A stretch of 64,000 nucleotides of DNA from an uncultured Chlamydiae bacterium (GTDB lineage: Bacteria > Chlamydiota > Chlamydiia > Chlamydiales > SM23-39): NCBI GenBank assembly GCA_963828125.1, contig CAWHDP010000002.1, positions 1,600,001 through 1,664,000 on the forward strand. The letters run 5' to 3'. The position numbers were made by a program, and so were the translations under genes. Below the pieces are notes generated by a model. It searched no databases, had not been told where the DNA came from, and saw only the letters and a program-made list of their open reading frames with translations. Positions within the stretch are counted from its first letter, which is position 1, and each line of letters opens with the position of its first letter. Shown here in pieces: positions 10,094 through 20,250 of the stretch.

Positions 10094-11036
10094 CGATCTC
10101 TCTCCTCACCAGATCCCAGTCGACCGGCGGATCGAAGGTGTAGTTATATAAATCACCCGCATGGGGCGTGCGCCCCTTTTCCAAGGAATAGTCGAAGGTG
10201 GCAGGGTCTATCGCTTGGCCGCATCGATGGAGAGCAAAATGGGGATGAGCGGCTAAAAAAAACATCGGGCGGTTGAGTTTGAGGAAATCGTATCCGATTG
10301 AGGACATGTCGCCGATGTAGCCGTCGCATCGGGATAGGAGGGGATAAATGGGTGGGTATTCGGGAAGAAAGTGGATATTTTCTTGTTGGGCGTAGCGGCC
10401 CATGAGAATTTCGAGTTCGGGAGCATATTTTCGCACTGTGTTTGGGTGGAGCTTAACCAGCAAATGACACCCCTTAGGCAGACGGCTTGCCAAAGGGGGA
10501 AATGCGCTCCAAAACGAATTATTCCCTTCCGCATCGTCCCAAGTGGGGGCGTAGAGGAAGTTTTTTCCCTGAGGCAGCTCAATGGTTCTCTGATAAAACG
10601 ATTGGTGTTTCATGTAATATTCCCAGCGGAAATTTCCGACTCGGATCGGGTGGGGAAAGACCCCCTTTTCTCTCATAAAGTCGATGATTTTTTGACCATA
10701 GACAAACGCCACTTTTTCCTCGGAGAGCGCCTCGAACAGGGGGGAATGGGTTCCCTTATCCGAATTGCCGTGAGGCAGCCAGAGGTGGTGCGGGCGCTCT
10801 CCAGGGAAGGCGGCCGAGATCAGCGGTCTTGTGTCGCAGGAGACGATCGTTTCGGGAAGCTTTACATCTGAAAGGGGGATGTAGATCGTCTCCAGATCGG
10901 GATAAAACTGAGCGGCTAGATCCGCTAAGGCCGGTTCACAAACAATCAGCGGCCAGCGTAAGAGTGCGCAGAGGGGGCCCAGGTGGTCGAGATAGTGGCG
11001 CGAATCGTCGTAAATGAGACCTGCGTGATTCTTCAT
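10062..11036 (-). CDS. CDP-glycerol glycerophosphotransferase (TagB/TagF-like) family protein, tandem paralog
   Basis: PHGNSDKG, LYAPTW, VKLHP, DGYIGDMSSIGYDFL..RP. Confidence 0.8.
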   Translation of the reverse strand: MKNHAGLIYDDSRHYLDHLGPLCALLRWPLIVCEPALADLAAQFYPDLETIYIPLSDVKLPETIVSCDTRPLISAAFPGERPHHLWLPHGNSDKGTHSPLFEALSEEKVAFVYGQKIIDFMREKGVFPHPIRVGNFRWEYYMKHQSFYQRTIELPQGKNFLYAPTWDDAEGNNSFWSAFPPLASRLPKGCHLLVKLHPNTVRKYAPELEILMGRYAQQENIHFLPEYPPIYPLLSRCDGYIGDMSSIGYDFLKLNRPMFFLAAHPHFALHRCGQAIDPATFDYSLEKGRTPHAGDLYNYTFDPPVDWDLVRREIDALCCIQHRD

Positions 11037-11788
11037 TAGAGAATGGCAATCGGCTGGAAGTGGATATAGTCGCAGGACGATAGGATATAGCGAACCCCGC
11101 GCGCCTCGCCAAAGAGGGGCTCGGCTGTTTTCAGATTGTGCAAATGGCCAAAGACGCAGATGGAAACATTGTGCTGTTCAAGGATTTGGGCGGCCCTCGA
11201 AGGTTGTAGATCGGCTCCAATGGGAGGATAGTGGGTCATCGCAATCCGGATTTTGGCTTCTGGATCGAGTTTTCCTAAAGACATTTTGAGCCGCTCGAGC
11301 TCTCTTTCAAAAATTTTTTGCTCTAATTCTTCTTGAATTTCTTCTTCGATCTCTTTCCCTTTCGCTTTTTTGTTTTCTCTATATTCGATGAACGGGCCAA
11401 ACGAGTATTCGGGAGTGTCCCAAAGACGGGCTCCCCCGATGGTAGCCTCTTTCCAGTTGAAGACATTGTTTTGAATGAGGTGGATGGAGGGGGGGAGAAC
11501 AGGGGCAATCTTGCCGAGGGAGCTCCACCAATAATCGTGATTGCCCTTAATCATCACTTTGGTTCCCGGCAGCGCATCGACCCACTCCAGATCGGGAATG
11601 GCCTCTTCCAGCTTCATAGCCCAGGAGAGATCGCCTGGAACGAGGACGAGATCGCCCGCATGGATTAAGCTTTTCCAATGGGTTCCGATCTTCTCTGCAT
11701 GGGATTCCCAATTGGGGCCAAAGATATCCATGCCTTTATTCGGCACGCCGAAACTGAGGTGCAAATCGCTGATCGCCCAAATACGCAT
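11036..11788 (-). CDS. Calcineurin-like metallophosphoesterase
   Basis: SDLH, GDLS, GNHD, THYPP and GHLH motifs. Confidence 0.9.
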   Translation of the reverse strand: MRIWAISDLHLSFGVPNKGMDIFGPNWESHAEKIGTHWKSLIHAGDLVLVPGDLSWAMKLEEAIPDLEWVDALPGTKVMIKGNHDYWWSSLGKIAPVLPPSIHLIQNNVFNWKEATIGGARLWDTPEYSFGPFIEYRENKKAKGKEIEEEIQEELEQKIFERELERLKMSLGKLDPEAKIRIAMTHYPPIGADLQPSRAAQILEQHNVSICVFGHLHNLKTAEPLFGEARGVRYILSSCDYIHFQPIAIL

Positions 11789-11800
11789 GGGGCCAGAATA

Positions 11801-13090
11801 CTAAAATTCGAAGTTGTTGGGAAGTTTTGTTCCTGCCGTGACGATGATGATCCCATCCCGCACGTAAATTCCTTCCCCTTCGTAATGGGTATGCTTCTTT
11901 TTATTGACCAGTTTGACCCGATGGCCGATGTGGACGTGTTCGTCGATGATCGCCTTCTCAATCAGGCAATCCTCCCCGATCCAGTAATCATTCTCAACCC
12001 GTTTGCCTTCAGAGAGCGGCAGCATGTAAAAATGGTTCCCCAGCATGACAGTATCCCGGATCACAGTGCCCCGTTTGATGTGGGAGCGGAGTCCAATCAC
12101 GCTATGGGAGATCTCTTTGGCTTCGATAATACACCCCTCGCAGATGATCGATTGGGTAATTCGGGTCTGTTTGATTTTCGGACCGGGCAAAAAAGTGGAT
12201 CGGGTATAGATCGGATTTTGTTCATCGTAGGTGTTGAGCCCTTCCAGCGAGTGGGTGAGGATCAAATTCGCTTCATAATAGGAGGCCACGGTTCCGATAT
12301 CTTCCCAATAACCGCAGTAAATAAAGGCGGAACTCTTCCCCTGCTTGACAGCCGTGTGGATCAGATGGTGGCCAAAATCTTCTCGCAAATCTTGAGTGAG
12401 CAGCGAGATCAGCGCTTCCCGCTTAAACACATAGATCCCCATCGAGCCGAGATAGGAGGGCTCTTTATGTGGTTTGATGTTCCATTTCTTGTAGAAACTT
12501 TCGGCAAGGCGGAAGGGTGCAATGATTTTTTTATTCTCCGGCTTTTCAACAAAGTGGGTCACTTTGCAATCGGCATTGATTTTGAGGAGACCCATCCGCT
12601 TCGCCTCTGTTTGAAGGACTGGGATGGAGGCGATGGTCAGATCGGCGTTTTTTAATTGGGCAAATGAGACCATCTGTTGAAAATTGATATTGTAGAGCTG
12701 ATCGCCCGAGAGGATGAGAAAGTAGCTGGCTGTCGATTTCAGGAGAGTCGGTAGATTTTTGCGCACTGCGTCGGCGGTTCCAGCGAACCACTGCTTTTCC
12801 CCCCTTTCGTTCTCTTGCGGCGTCAAAACGTCGACTGAACCTGGATTGTAGGCATCGAAACGGTAGGTTTGGTTGATGTGGTGTTGCAGTTCGCCGGAGA
12901 GATACTGGGCGATGACGAAAATCTGCCGAAAGTCGGAATTGATCGAATTCGAAATGGGGATGTCGATGAGTCGATACCTGCCGCCGTAGGCAATGGCAGG
13001 TTTGGAGTGGTTGATCGTCAAGGGGTGCAAACGGGTTCCTTGACCGCCCGCGAGGATGACAGTTGCGACTTCGACGTTTTTCTTGCCCAT
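11801..13090 (-). CDS. glgC: Glucose-1-phosphate adenylyltransferase
   Basis: ILAGGQGTRLHPLT..SKPA, GTADAVR, SGDQLY, FVEKP, YWEDIGT. Confidence 0.95.
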   Translation of the reverse strand: MGKKNVEVATVILAGGQGTRLHPLTINHSKPAIAYGGRYRLIDIPISNSINSDFRQIFVIAQYLSGELQHHINQTYRFDAYNPGSVDVLTPQENERGEKQWFAGTADAVRKNLPTLLKSTASYFLILSGDQLYNINFQQMVSFAQLKNADLTIASIPVLQTEAKRMGLLKINADCKVTHFVEKPENKKIIAPFRLAESFYKKWNIKPHKEPSYLGSMGIYVFKREALISLLTQDLREDFGHHLIHTAVKQGKSSAFIYCGYWEDIGTVASYYEANLILTHSLEGLNTYDEQNPIYTRSTFLPGPKIKQTRITQSIICEGCIIEAKEISHSVIGLRSHIKRGTVIRDTVMLGNHFYMLPLSEGKRVENDYWIGEDCLIEKAIIDEHVHIGHRVKLVNKKKHTHYEGEGIYVRDGIIIVTAGTKLPNNFEF

Positions 13091-13129
13091 ATCTCTCTCT
13101 ATAGAGATTGGCAAGGAATAAAGTAAAGA

Positions 13130-14023
13130 TCACTCCATAAAAAGGTTTGCGTTATAGCTCGAGCGTACAAATGGGCCGCAGTACATCCTTACCCCCAGCT
13201 TCACCCCATACTCTTCGTACGCTTTGAACTGGTCGGGATGGACGAATTCTTTGACTCTGAGCTTCGATCTGCTCGCCTGCAGATACTGTCCAATCGTGAT
13301 GATCCCGCAGCCAGCTGCGGCCAGATCCTCGAGGGTCTCCTTCACCTCGCCCTCTTTCTCCCCAAGCCCAACCATGATGCCCGATTTCACAAAAACCACT
13401 TTGCCAGACCTCTTCGCCTCTCTCAACACACTCAATGTCCTCTCGTAATCGGCTTTATGCCTAATCCTCGGCGACAAACTCCGCACCGTTTCAATATTGT
13501 GGTTAAAGATTTCGGGCTTTTCATCCAATACAATGTAAAGCAGCTTTACATCGCCGGACAAATCTGAGATGAGCACCTCGATTGTGACCCCTGGATTCTC
13601 TTTTCGGACCGCTCGGATGATCGATCTGATTTGCCCAGCCCCTTGATCGGGAAGGTCATCTCTGGCAACCATGGTAATGACTGCGTGCTTTAAGCCCAAT
13701 TCGCGAACCGAATGGGCGATCCGCTCTGGCTCGTCAGCTTCAGGGGCTTTCGGTGTTTTGCTGAAATCGATGTCGCAAAAGCCGCAGTTGCGGGTACACT
13801 CTTTCCCTAAGGCCAAAAAGGTGGCTGTTTTTTTGCTGTAGCACTCGAACCGATTGGGGCATTTGGCCTCTTCGCAGACGGTATTGAGCCGATATTTGCC
13901 GATGATTCCGTCTGTTTTGAAGATCTGTCCTCCGAGAGGAAGTTTTCTGTGGAGCCAGGAGGGGAATCGCCCCAAGCTCTCTTCTTCAGGATTTTCGGGG
14001 AGAATATTGAGTTTTTTCATCAT
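13130..14023 (-). CDS. lipA: Lipoyl synthase
   Basis: VCEEAKCPNRFEC, CTRNCGFC, VRSSY. Confidence 0.96.
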   Translation of the reverse strand: MMKKLNILPENPEEESLGRFPSWLHRKLPLGGQIFKTDGIIGKYRLNTVCEEAKCPNRFECYSKKTATFLALGKECTRNCGFCDIDFSKTPKAPEADEPERIAHSVRELGLKHAVITMVARDDLPDQGAGQIRSIIRAVRKENPGVTIEVLISDLSGDVKLLYIVLDEKPEIFNHNIETVRSLSPRIRHKADYERTLSVLREAKRSGKVVFVKSGIMVGLGEKEGEVKETLEDLAAAGCGIITIGQYLQASRSKLRVKEFVHPDQFKAYEEYGVKLGVRMYCGPFVRSSYNANLFME

Positions 14024-15423
14024 CGTTTTATTTTCGGCGGAAAGTTGATGGGCGTCTCTTTAGCGATCAGTGCCGCTTCATGCCACGCCTCGGCAATCGT
14101 TGGGTGGGCGTGAATCGTCTCTATGACCGACTCTAACGTGAGTTCGTTTTGGATAGCAAGCGCCATTTCGCCGATCAGGTTTGAGGCTTCATGGCCGATG
14201 GCAGCGGCGCCTAAAATCTGCCCTGTTTTCCTCACCGATATAATTTGCGCGAACCCCTCTGTATCCATTGAGGCTTGCGCTTTGCCCAGGGCGAGGAAGG
14301 GGAAGCTGCTGGCGATGGCGTCGAAGCCCGCCTTTTGGGCCTGTTCCAAGGTCATCCCAACGGTGGCGATTTCGGGCGAGGTGAAGACGACCGCTGGAAC
14401 CGCTTCATAGTGGATCTCGGTTTCGATGCCGCACGCGTTGTTCGCCGCTACGATTCCCTGATGAGAGGCGACATGAGCCAACATCCATTTTCCAGTCACA
14501 TCGCCAATGGCATACAGCCCCCGCACTTCGGTCTCCATATGGCTATCGGTCTCGATGAACCCTTTATCGCCCGTTCTCAGCCCCGCCTTCTCAAGGCCCA
14601 ACCCTTCGGTATAGACCCGTCGTCCGACTGCGACAAGAGCCCGCTCTGCATCGACGGTTTTTTCTTCTCCAAGGCTGATGCGAACCCCCGACTTGTGACG
14701 TTCGATCCCCTTCACCATGACATTTGTTTGGATTTCGATTCCTCCCTTAGCAAAGGCTTTGGTCATGAATTCGGCGATTTGGGAGCCTTGCGCGGTCAAA
14801 ATAGTTGGCAAAGCCTCCAAAATCGTCACTTTCGTCCCGAGCTCGGCAAAGAGGGAGGCGAATTCGCAGCCGATATAGCCGCCGCCAATGATGGCGAGGC
14901 TCTTTGGCGCCTCAGTCAGCTCTAAAATCGAGGTCGAATTCAAGATCCTCTCGTGATCGCATGGGAACGGCTTGACGTCGAGGGGGACGGAACCGGTTGC
15001 AATCATGATTTTTTCGGCGTCGATATAGAGATTGTCTTGGCCCACGATTTTGAGGCATTTTGGCGATTCGAAGGAGGCGGCGCCTCGATAGACTACGATC
15101 TTGTTGGAGCGGATCAGCCCTTCAAGGCCGCTCCTCATTTTCGCAATGACCTGATCCTTCCGTTTTTTCATCTGATCGTAATGGAAAGAGACGGGGCCGG
15201 TCGTGATGCCGAACTCTTTAGCCCGCTTGATTTGATGCAATACTGCTGCGTTGGAAAGGAGTGTTTTTGTCGGGATGCACCCCACATTTAAACAGCAGCC
15301 TCCGAGGAGATCCTTCTCGATCAAAGCGACCGATTTGCCAATTTGCGCAGCTCGGATTGCTGCCACATAGCCCCCTGGGCCCGAACCGATTACCGCTATA
15401 TCGTGTCTTTTTCTCTCGCTCAT
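14020..15423 (-). CDS. lpdA: Dihydrolipoamide dehydrogenase
   Basis: GSGPGGY, GGCCLNVGCIPTK, GGGYIG, HAHPT. Confidence 0.96.
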   Translation of the reverse strand: MSERKRHDIAVIGSGPGGYVAAIRAAQIGKSVALIEKDLLGGCCLNVGCIPTKTLLSNAAVLHQIKRAKEFGITTGPVSFHYDQMKKRKDQVIAKMRSGLEGLIRSNKIVVYRGAASFESPKCLKIVGQDNLYIDAEKIMIATGSVPLDVKPFPCDHERILNSTSILELTEAPKSLAIIGGGYIGCEFASLFAELGTKVTILEALPTILTAQGSQIAEFMTKAFAKGGIEIQTNVMVKGIERHKSGVRISLGEEKTVDAERALVAVGRRVYTEGLGLEKAGLRTGDKGFIETDSHMETEVRGLYAIGDVTGKWMLAHVASHQGIVAANNACGIETEIHYEAVPAVVFTSPEIATVGMTLEQAQKAGFDAIASSFPFLALGKAQASMDTEGFAQIISVRKTGQILGAAAIGHEASNLIGEMALAIQNELTLESVIETIHAHPTIAEAWHEAALIAKETPINFPPKIKR

Positions 15424-15496
15424 GTCCACTCCGTTGAAAATACCGATTATAAGAAAAAAGAGGCTTTCCTTATACTCGTTTTTGTTGGGGTATGAA

Positions 15497-15961
15497 ATGA
15501 AAACGAAAAAACGTCAAAAGATGTGTTACAACTGCGAGGGGGAGGTCGATCTAGACGTGATCGTCTGCCCGTTTTGCGCCGCCGATCTTCGCGAGGAAAA
15601 GCCTGAGCAACAGGCCCCTAGAGGCAACAACGCCGCGACTCTCAAAAATCTCAATACCCAGCAATCGCTCTATCCGAGCGGAGCTTCCCAGAGGGCGCCG
15701 CAGAAAGTCTCCTCGGAGGAGGAAAGCGGCGAAGAGGGGTCTCCGATGGGAGCTGCCGAGGATGGGGAGTCCAAAAATATTGTAGGCCCCACAATAGTCA
15801 TGACGCTTGGCGCCCAGCTCTTTCTGTTTGGTCTTTTGATGCTTTTTTTTTCCCATGAAGGGGCGATGATCCTGAAATGGGACGCCCGCCTTTGGTATTT
15901 TTATGTGACGGCCTCGATCCCGTTCCTTATTTTCGGCTATAAGTCGGTGAATAAGCTTTGA
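15497..15961 (+). CDS. Conserved hypothetical protein with N-terminal zinc ribbon and two C-terminal TM helices
   Basis: CYNC...CPFC motif; divergent from lpdA, as I recall in other chlamydiae. Confidence 0.75.
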   Translation: MKTKKRQKMCYNCEGEVDLDVIVCPFCAADLREEKPEQQAPRGNNAATLKNLNTQQSLYPSGASQRAPQKVSSEEESGEEGSPMGAAEDGESKNIVGPTIVMTLGAQLFLFGLLMLFFSHEGAMILKWDARLWYFYVTASIPFLIFGYKSVNKL

Positions 15962-16644
15962 TGGGGGTTATTGTGGGCGCTGACGTCGCGCAGGAGTGGC
16001 TCCTTCCGTGGTGGTGGGAAAATTACCGGGCCCATAACTGCCTTCCCGTCGCCTTTTTTGATTTTGGGATGAGTCGCTCTATGCGCAGGTGGTGTGAAGA
16101 GCGGGGGGAATGCCTAGACCTCTCCACCCGGGGCCTTTTCGTAGCCCCGAAAGAGGAGATCGATCCTCGGCTGGCAGCCGAGTGGGAAAAAGGGATGGGG
16201 GAGAAATTTTGGGAGAGGCGGCTCGCTTGGTTTAAGAAGCCGTTTGCCTGTTTAAAAAGCCCTTTTGAGCGGACCCTTTGGAGTGATCTCGACTGTGAGA
16301 TTCGGTGTCGGCTCGAGCCGTTGTTCCGGTATGCGGAAAAAGAGCCGTCGATAGCGACGGTTCGCTGGAAAGATGGGAGCTATAATTCTGGGATCGTGGT
16401 CTTTCGGGAAGAGGCTTCTCTCTTAAGAGCATGGGTAGACATAGCGCTATCGAGCAGTCATCTTTTTCGGGGGGATGAAGAGATCTTGGGCCATCTTTTT
16501 CAGAAGAGGGGGATTGCGGAGGGGGCGCTCCCGGGGGTATACAACTGGGATTTTAAAGAAGAGGGCCATACCCGTGCGGAGATTGTCCACTGGTATGGCC
16601 CCATCGGCAAGCATGCCATCTATGAAGAAATCGCTAAGTATTAG
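15958..16644 (+). CDS. GT-A fold glycosyltransferase-like protein
   Basis: WFKKPFA...LWSDLDC (DxD), YNSGIVVF, GDEEIL, IVHWYG. Confidence 0.7.
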   Translation: MMGVIVGADVAQEWLLPWWWENYRAHNCLPVAFFDFGMSRSMRRWCEERGECLDLSTRGLFVAPKEEIDPRLAAEWEKGMGEKFWERRLAWFKKPFACLKSPFERTLWSDLDCEIRCRLEPLFRYAEKEPSIATVRWKDGSYNSGIVVFREEASLLRAWVDIALSSSHLFRGDEEILGHLFQKRGIAEGALPGVYNWDFKEEGHTRAEIVHWYGPIGKHAIYEEIAKY

Positions 16645-17021
16645 GGCTTCACAAATTGGTCTGGATACCGTTGTTCAAATACGATTCTGACCGCATCCGC
16701 GGTCTGCTTGTTAACATAGTTCCCGATATCTTGGGGGCGAAAGTTGTCGCCGGCAATCTTCAATATGGCCTCAACGAGTGCTCCATGTTTACTGTTTATG
16801 GCCATCCGAAGCATTTTCTCCATTAAAGCATAATTCCTTGGGCTGGCTGCCAATACGGGTAGTTTATTGATCTGCGACAATCTTTCTGCATTGCTCGCTG
16901 CCTTTCTATTTTCAAATAAGGAGGTCAAAATCTCATAAGGATCTTTATTTTTGTTTTCGGAGATTGTTGCCATCTCCGTCCCATCAATACTGCTCTGTGG
17001 TGGTTTGGGTGTTATATTCAT
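16641..17021 (-). CDS. Hypothetical protein, paralog of 17173-17604
   Basis: Shares LPVL..S..NY.LM...L..AI......LVEAIL.I...NFRP ... VF..RYP..F with its neighbour. Confidence 0.7.
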   Translation of the reverse strand: MNITPKPPQSSIDGTEMATISENKNKDPYEILTSLFENRKAASNAERLSQINKLPVLAASPRNYALMEKMLRMAINSKHGALVEAILKIAGDNFRPQDIGNYVNKQTADAVRIVFEQRYPDQFVKP

Positions 17022-17149
17022 ATTCTATTCCTTTGTTGCTTGTTGAAAGCAATTATATCAAACATATAGATAAAAACCAATTAAAATATTTAATTACTAT
17101 TGGAGTGCGATAATGTTTCCGTGTTTTTCACCCTGTCTATCCCAATATT

Positions 17150-17200
17150 CTATACTGCGGCCACCCCCAAATTCACACTTTTGGGGTGGCCGCAGTATAG
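17150..17200. repeat. 51-bp palindromic mini-element
   Basis: 18-bp perfect arms CTATACTGCGGCCACCCC / GGGGTGGCCGCAGTATAG. Confidence 0.8.
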
Positions 17201-17604
17201 TATCTGAATTCCTGTGGATAGCGGGCCTTAAATACTTCGCCAGCCTTCCGTTTTGCGAGGTGTGTCGTCACGTAGTGGTTCGCTTCTTTAGGTCTAAAAT
17301 TTTTTGCTGAAATATTCAGTATAGCCTCAACAAGTTCTGCGTCATCGTCCTCTATCGCAATCTCTAGAATCCTATCCATCAAATTGTAATTTTTGTCACT
17401 CGTTTCCAACACGGGTAGTACAAGCATCATGGTTACTTTTTCTTCATTGGTTATCTTCTTGCTCTCAAATATCTCCGTTACAATCCGATGAACTATCTCA
17501 TCTGACATATCCATTTTAGGCTTTTCTGTTGGCTCGACCCAATCTGATGGTATAGGTTCATATATGCTCATGCCGTTTATTGAATGTTTATTTGTTTTTA
17601 TCAT
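17173..17604 (-). CDS. Hypothetical protein, paralog of 16641-17021
   Basis: Clear protein-level similarity to its neighbour; start codon uncertain. Confidence 0.7.
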   Translation of the reverse strand: MIKTNKHSINGMSIYEPIPSDWVEPTEKPKMDMSDEIVHRIVTEIFESKKITNEEKVTMMLVLPVLETSDKNYNLMDRILEIAIEDDDAELVEAILNISAKNFRPKEANHYVTTHLAKRKAGEVFKARYPQEFRYYTAATPKV

Positions 17605-17705
17605 TATTACACCATTATTATTTGTTACAAATTTTATCAAATAAATCAATAAAATGCACTCTCAAAAATTTTGCAATAAATTCTCCGATTTGTTAGCTGT
17701 ATGGA

Positions 17706-18281
17706 ATGGAATTTCTTTATAAAAACTGGGCTAAGCTGAGCCTTTTAATCGCTCTTGCCGTTGTGATTTGCTTGCGAAACATTTCCTCGATTCCTCTATT
17801 TTGGATTTGGATTCAATTTCCGATTTACCTTGTTCACGAATTTGAGGAGCATGTTTGGCCGGGAAAGTTCAAAAATTTTGTGAATCAACAATTATTTCAC
17901 TCTTCTGTTAAAGACGTGCCTCTCAATGACGCTGCTGTCTTTTGGATTAATATTTTAGTGATCTGGATCCTTTTTCCGTTGGCGGCGATCTTCGCCCAAA
18001 CGGTCGATCCTACGATTGGGGGTTTTCTCCCTATTTTTAGCCTAGTGAATGCGACGACTCACATTGGCGCCTTCCTCGCTAAGCGGAGCTACAACCCTGG
18101 CTTAGCAGCGAGCCTCATTCTCAATTACCCTCTCGGGATCTATGCCCTGATTGTTCTTGCCAGAAACGGCGATCTCAGCTATTTGACGGCCTCCCTTTTT
18201 CTCGTCCTTTCTCTTCTTATCCATTTCGTGATTATGATCTACGCTGTTCGCGTATATCAAAACAGCGGGCCGAAGAAGTAG
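17706..18281 (+). CDS. HXXEE domain membrane protein
   Basis: YLVHEFEEH, NATTH, YNPGL; multiple TM helices. Confidence 0.85.
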   Translation: MEFLYKNWAKLSLLIALAVVICLRNISSIPLFWIWIQFPIYLVHEFEEHVWPGKFKNFVNQQLFHSSVKDVPLNDAAVFWINILVIWILFPLAAIFAQTVDPTIGGFLPIFSLVNATTHIGAFLAKRSYNPGLAASLILNYPLGIYALIVLARNGDLSYLTASLFLVLSLLIHFVIMIYAVRVYQNSGPKK

Positions 18282-19675
18282 AAGATGGCGTAGAGAATCA
18301 AAGTGGGGACGAGGGCGGCCAGAAAAAGTTGGACGGGTTTAATCCCGTTGTCGAAGTGCTTTTTCAAGATCCCGTAGCCAGCCGGGTTTGGGGCGTTTGC
18401 GATGACGGTCAGGCCTCCGCCTGCAATGACGCCGGTGAACACTGCATATTGATAGATCTCTTCCCAATTGGGAATCAGGGTTGTGAGATAAGAGATAGCG
18501 GTGTTGTCGTTGAAGCCGGTGAGGGCGATAGCGACCCCCATCACGGAAAGGGGGGCGAGTCCATTGAGAATTGAGATGACCCACCACCCCTGCAGGCCGC
18601 CATGGATCACGAGTCCGGCTAAAAAAAGTCCGATGAGGAGCGGACGGGCGATGCGGATGGCATATTGATGGGATCTTGTCGCTTGGTGAAAGCCGATGAA
18701 GAAGAGGAAGATCGCAATAAAGATGGCTGGGTAGTGGGCGACTGCAACGATGAGCGTCATAAAACCGATGTGGGTCAGTGTGATCCAAAGGGGGATGGGC
18801 CTCTCTTCCGATTGAGAGGAATAGGTAGCATAGATATTCACCGCTTGTTTCCGGAGGTTCATGTAGCTGAGTTCTTTTTTGAAATAGGTCCAGTAGAGGA
18901 AATTGGATAGGATGATGCCGAGGGCGGCTTTCCAGCCGAAGTCGAAGAACATATCGGACATCGACCAGGACCAGCAGTGGGCGAGGACTAGGACTGCGGG
19001 AGAGGCGAAATCGGTGAGGACGCCGCCGACCGATATGTTGACGAAGAGGAGCCCTATCGTGGCGTAGGCGAGGGTTTTGCTTGGATGGTATTCATAGAAC
19101 TGCTTGGAGAGGAGGAGGGCGCAAAGGGCCATGGCCGCCGCCTCTGTGATTAAAGAGCCGAGGAGAGGGCCGACAGTCAAGAGGACGACCCACCAAGCGG
19201 AGAGAGAGCCGCCGAATCCTTTCGCGATCCAATGGATCAATTTTTCCGCCATGTTGACAATGGGCCGTGTTGAGGCCATGGCCAGAATCACGACGACGAA
19301 GAGGGCTTCTGTGTAATCGCGGGTGTTGATGTATTCCAGGCCGATTTTCCAGCCATACATGGCCCAAATGGTGAAAAAAAGGGGGATAGCCCAAAAGGCG
19401 AAGACGACTTCGACTTCCGATAGGAAATAGAGCGTATGGATCCAGAAGCTCCGTTCATACTTTCTCCCGTGTGCTCTTATTTTCCCCTTCAGATCGAGCG
19501 CGCGGGCCCATTCATGCACTTTGTAGACCGAGAGGGTGTGGATGATCGCTAAAATAAAGAGGGCGAGGGCGATCACATGGAAGAGGGAATAATGGAGCGA
19601 TTCGATTTGTAAAACAACGGGATCCTTCAGACAATCGAATTTGGCGGGCTGCTTGAAGACATCTGCGAGGATCAT
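18257..19675 (-). CDS. Putative Na+/H+ antiporter (DUF1504-type)
   Basis: LSEVEVVF, GPLLGSLITE, LFVNISVGG, DNTAISYL, GGGLTVIANAPNPAG. Confidence 0.8.
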   Translation of the reverse strand: MILADVFKQPAKFDCLKDPVVLQIESLHYSLFHVIALALFILAIIHTLSVYKVHEWARALDLKGKIRAHGRKYERSFWIHTLYFLSEVEVVFAFWAIPLFFTIWAMYGWKIGLEYINTRDYTEALFVVVILAMASTRPIVNMAEKLIHWIAKGFGGSLSAWWVVLLTVGPLLGSLITEAAAMALCALLLSKQFYEYHPSKTLAYATIGLLFVNISVGGVLTDFASPAVLVLAHCWSWSMSDMFFDFGWKAALGIILSNFLYWTYFKKELSYMNLRKQAVNIYATYSSQSEERPIPLWITLTHIGFMTLIVAVAHYPAIFIAIFLFFIGFHQATRSHQYAIRIARPLLIGLFLAGLVIHGGLQGWWVISILNGLAPLSVMGVAIALTGFNDNTAISYLTTLIPNWEEIYQYAVFTGVIAGGGLTVIANAPNPAGYGILKKHFDNGIKPVQLFLAALVPTLILYAIFYFFGPLF

Positions 19676-19707
19676 ACCCCACTAGTAACTGAGAACCCTA
19701 TTATTAT

Positions 19708-20250
19708 TCACGTTTTTTTGATTGCCTTGCCGCCAGTGATGGGGCCGACGACGTGAGATCCAGAATAGATGAGGACTTCCCCCCTGCCCGATTCAAAGTG
19801 GATAGGGCCGTTTACGATCGTACCTTGTCTGAGCTCGATGGTCTGTTTTCCTTTAAACCCGCTGTCTTGCTTGACGGTGACGCCGACGAGTTGGCTGGCG
19901 GTAAAGACCGCTTTTTGCCCCAGAATATGGAGAGGCGCTTGAATATTAGATCGAGTGGCTTGGATCGAACCGATGATCGAGCCGCCCCCTTTAAGGGTGG
20001 TTTCGGTCAAATTGGCCTGGCCGATCACATCGATCGATCCGATCTCTCCGTTTTGAGAGATGAGGCTCCCGTTGAGATGTATTTGGTTTGTAACTGTGGT
20101 TCCATTGAGCCGGATGAGACCGTTCGCATCGAGCTCTTCGAGCGTCACTTTCCCATACTGGCCGACCCCGTCGGTTTTGATCGGATCTCCGAAGAGGGTT
20201 GCCAAAAAGCTGAAGGCGATGAGGGTGAAAATCAGGTTCCGAAATCTCAC
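19708..20250 (-). CDS. Exported hypothetical protein, probable beta-solenoid
   Basis: Signal peptide; Gly/Val/Ile/Asn-rich periodic strands; GTG start directly abuts the secA stop. Confidence 0.6.
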   Translation of the reverse strand: MRFRNLIFTLIAFSFLATLFGDPIKTDGVGQYGKVTLEELDANGLIRLNGTTVTNQIHLNGSLISQNGEIGSIDVIGQANLTETTLKGGGSIIGSIQATRSNIQAPLHILGQKAVFTASQLVGVTVKQDSGFKGKQTIELRQGTIVNGPIHFESGRGEVLIYSGSHVVGPITGGKAIKKT

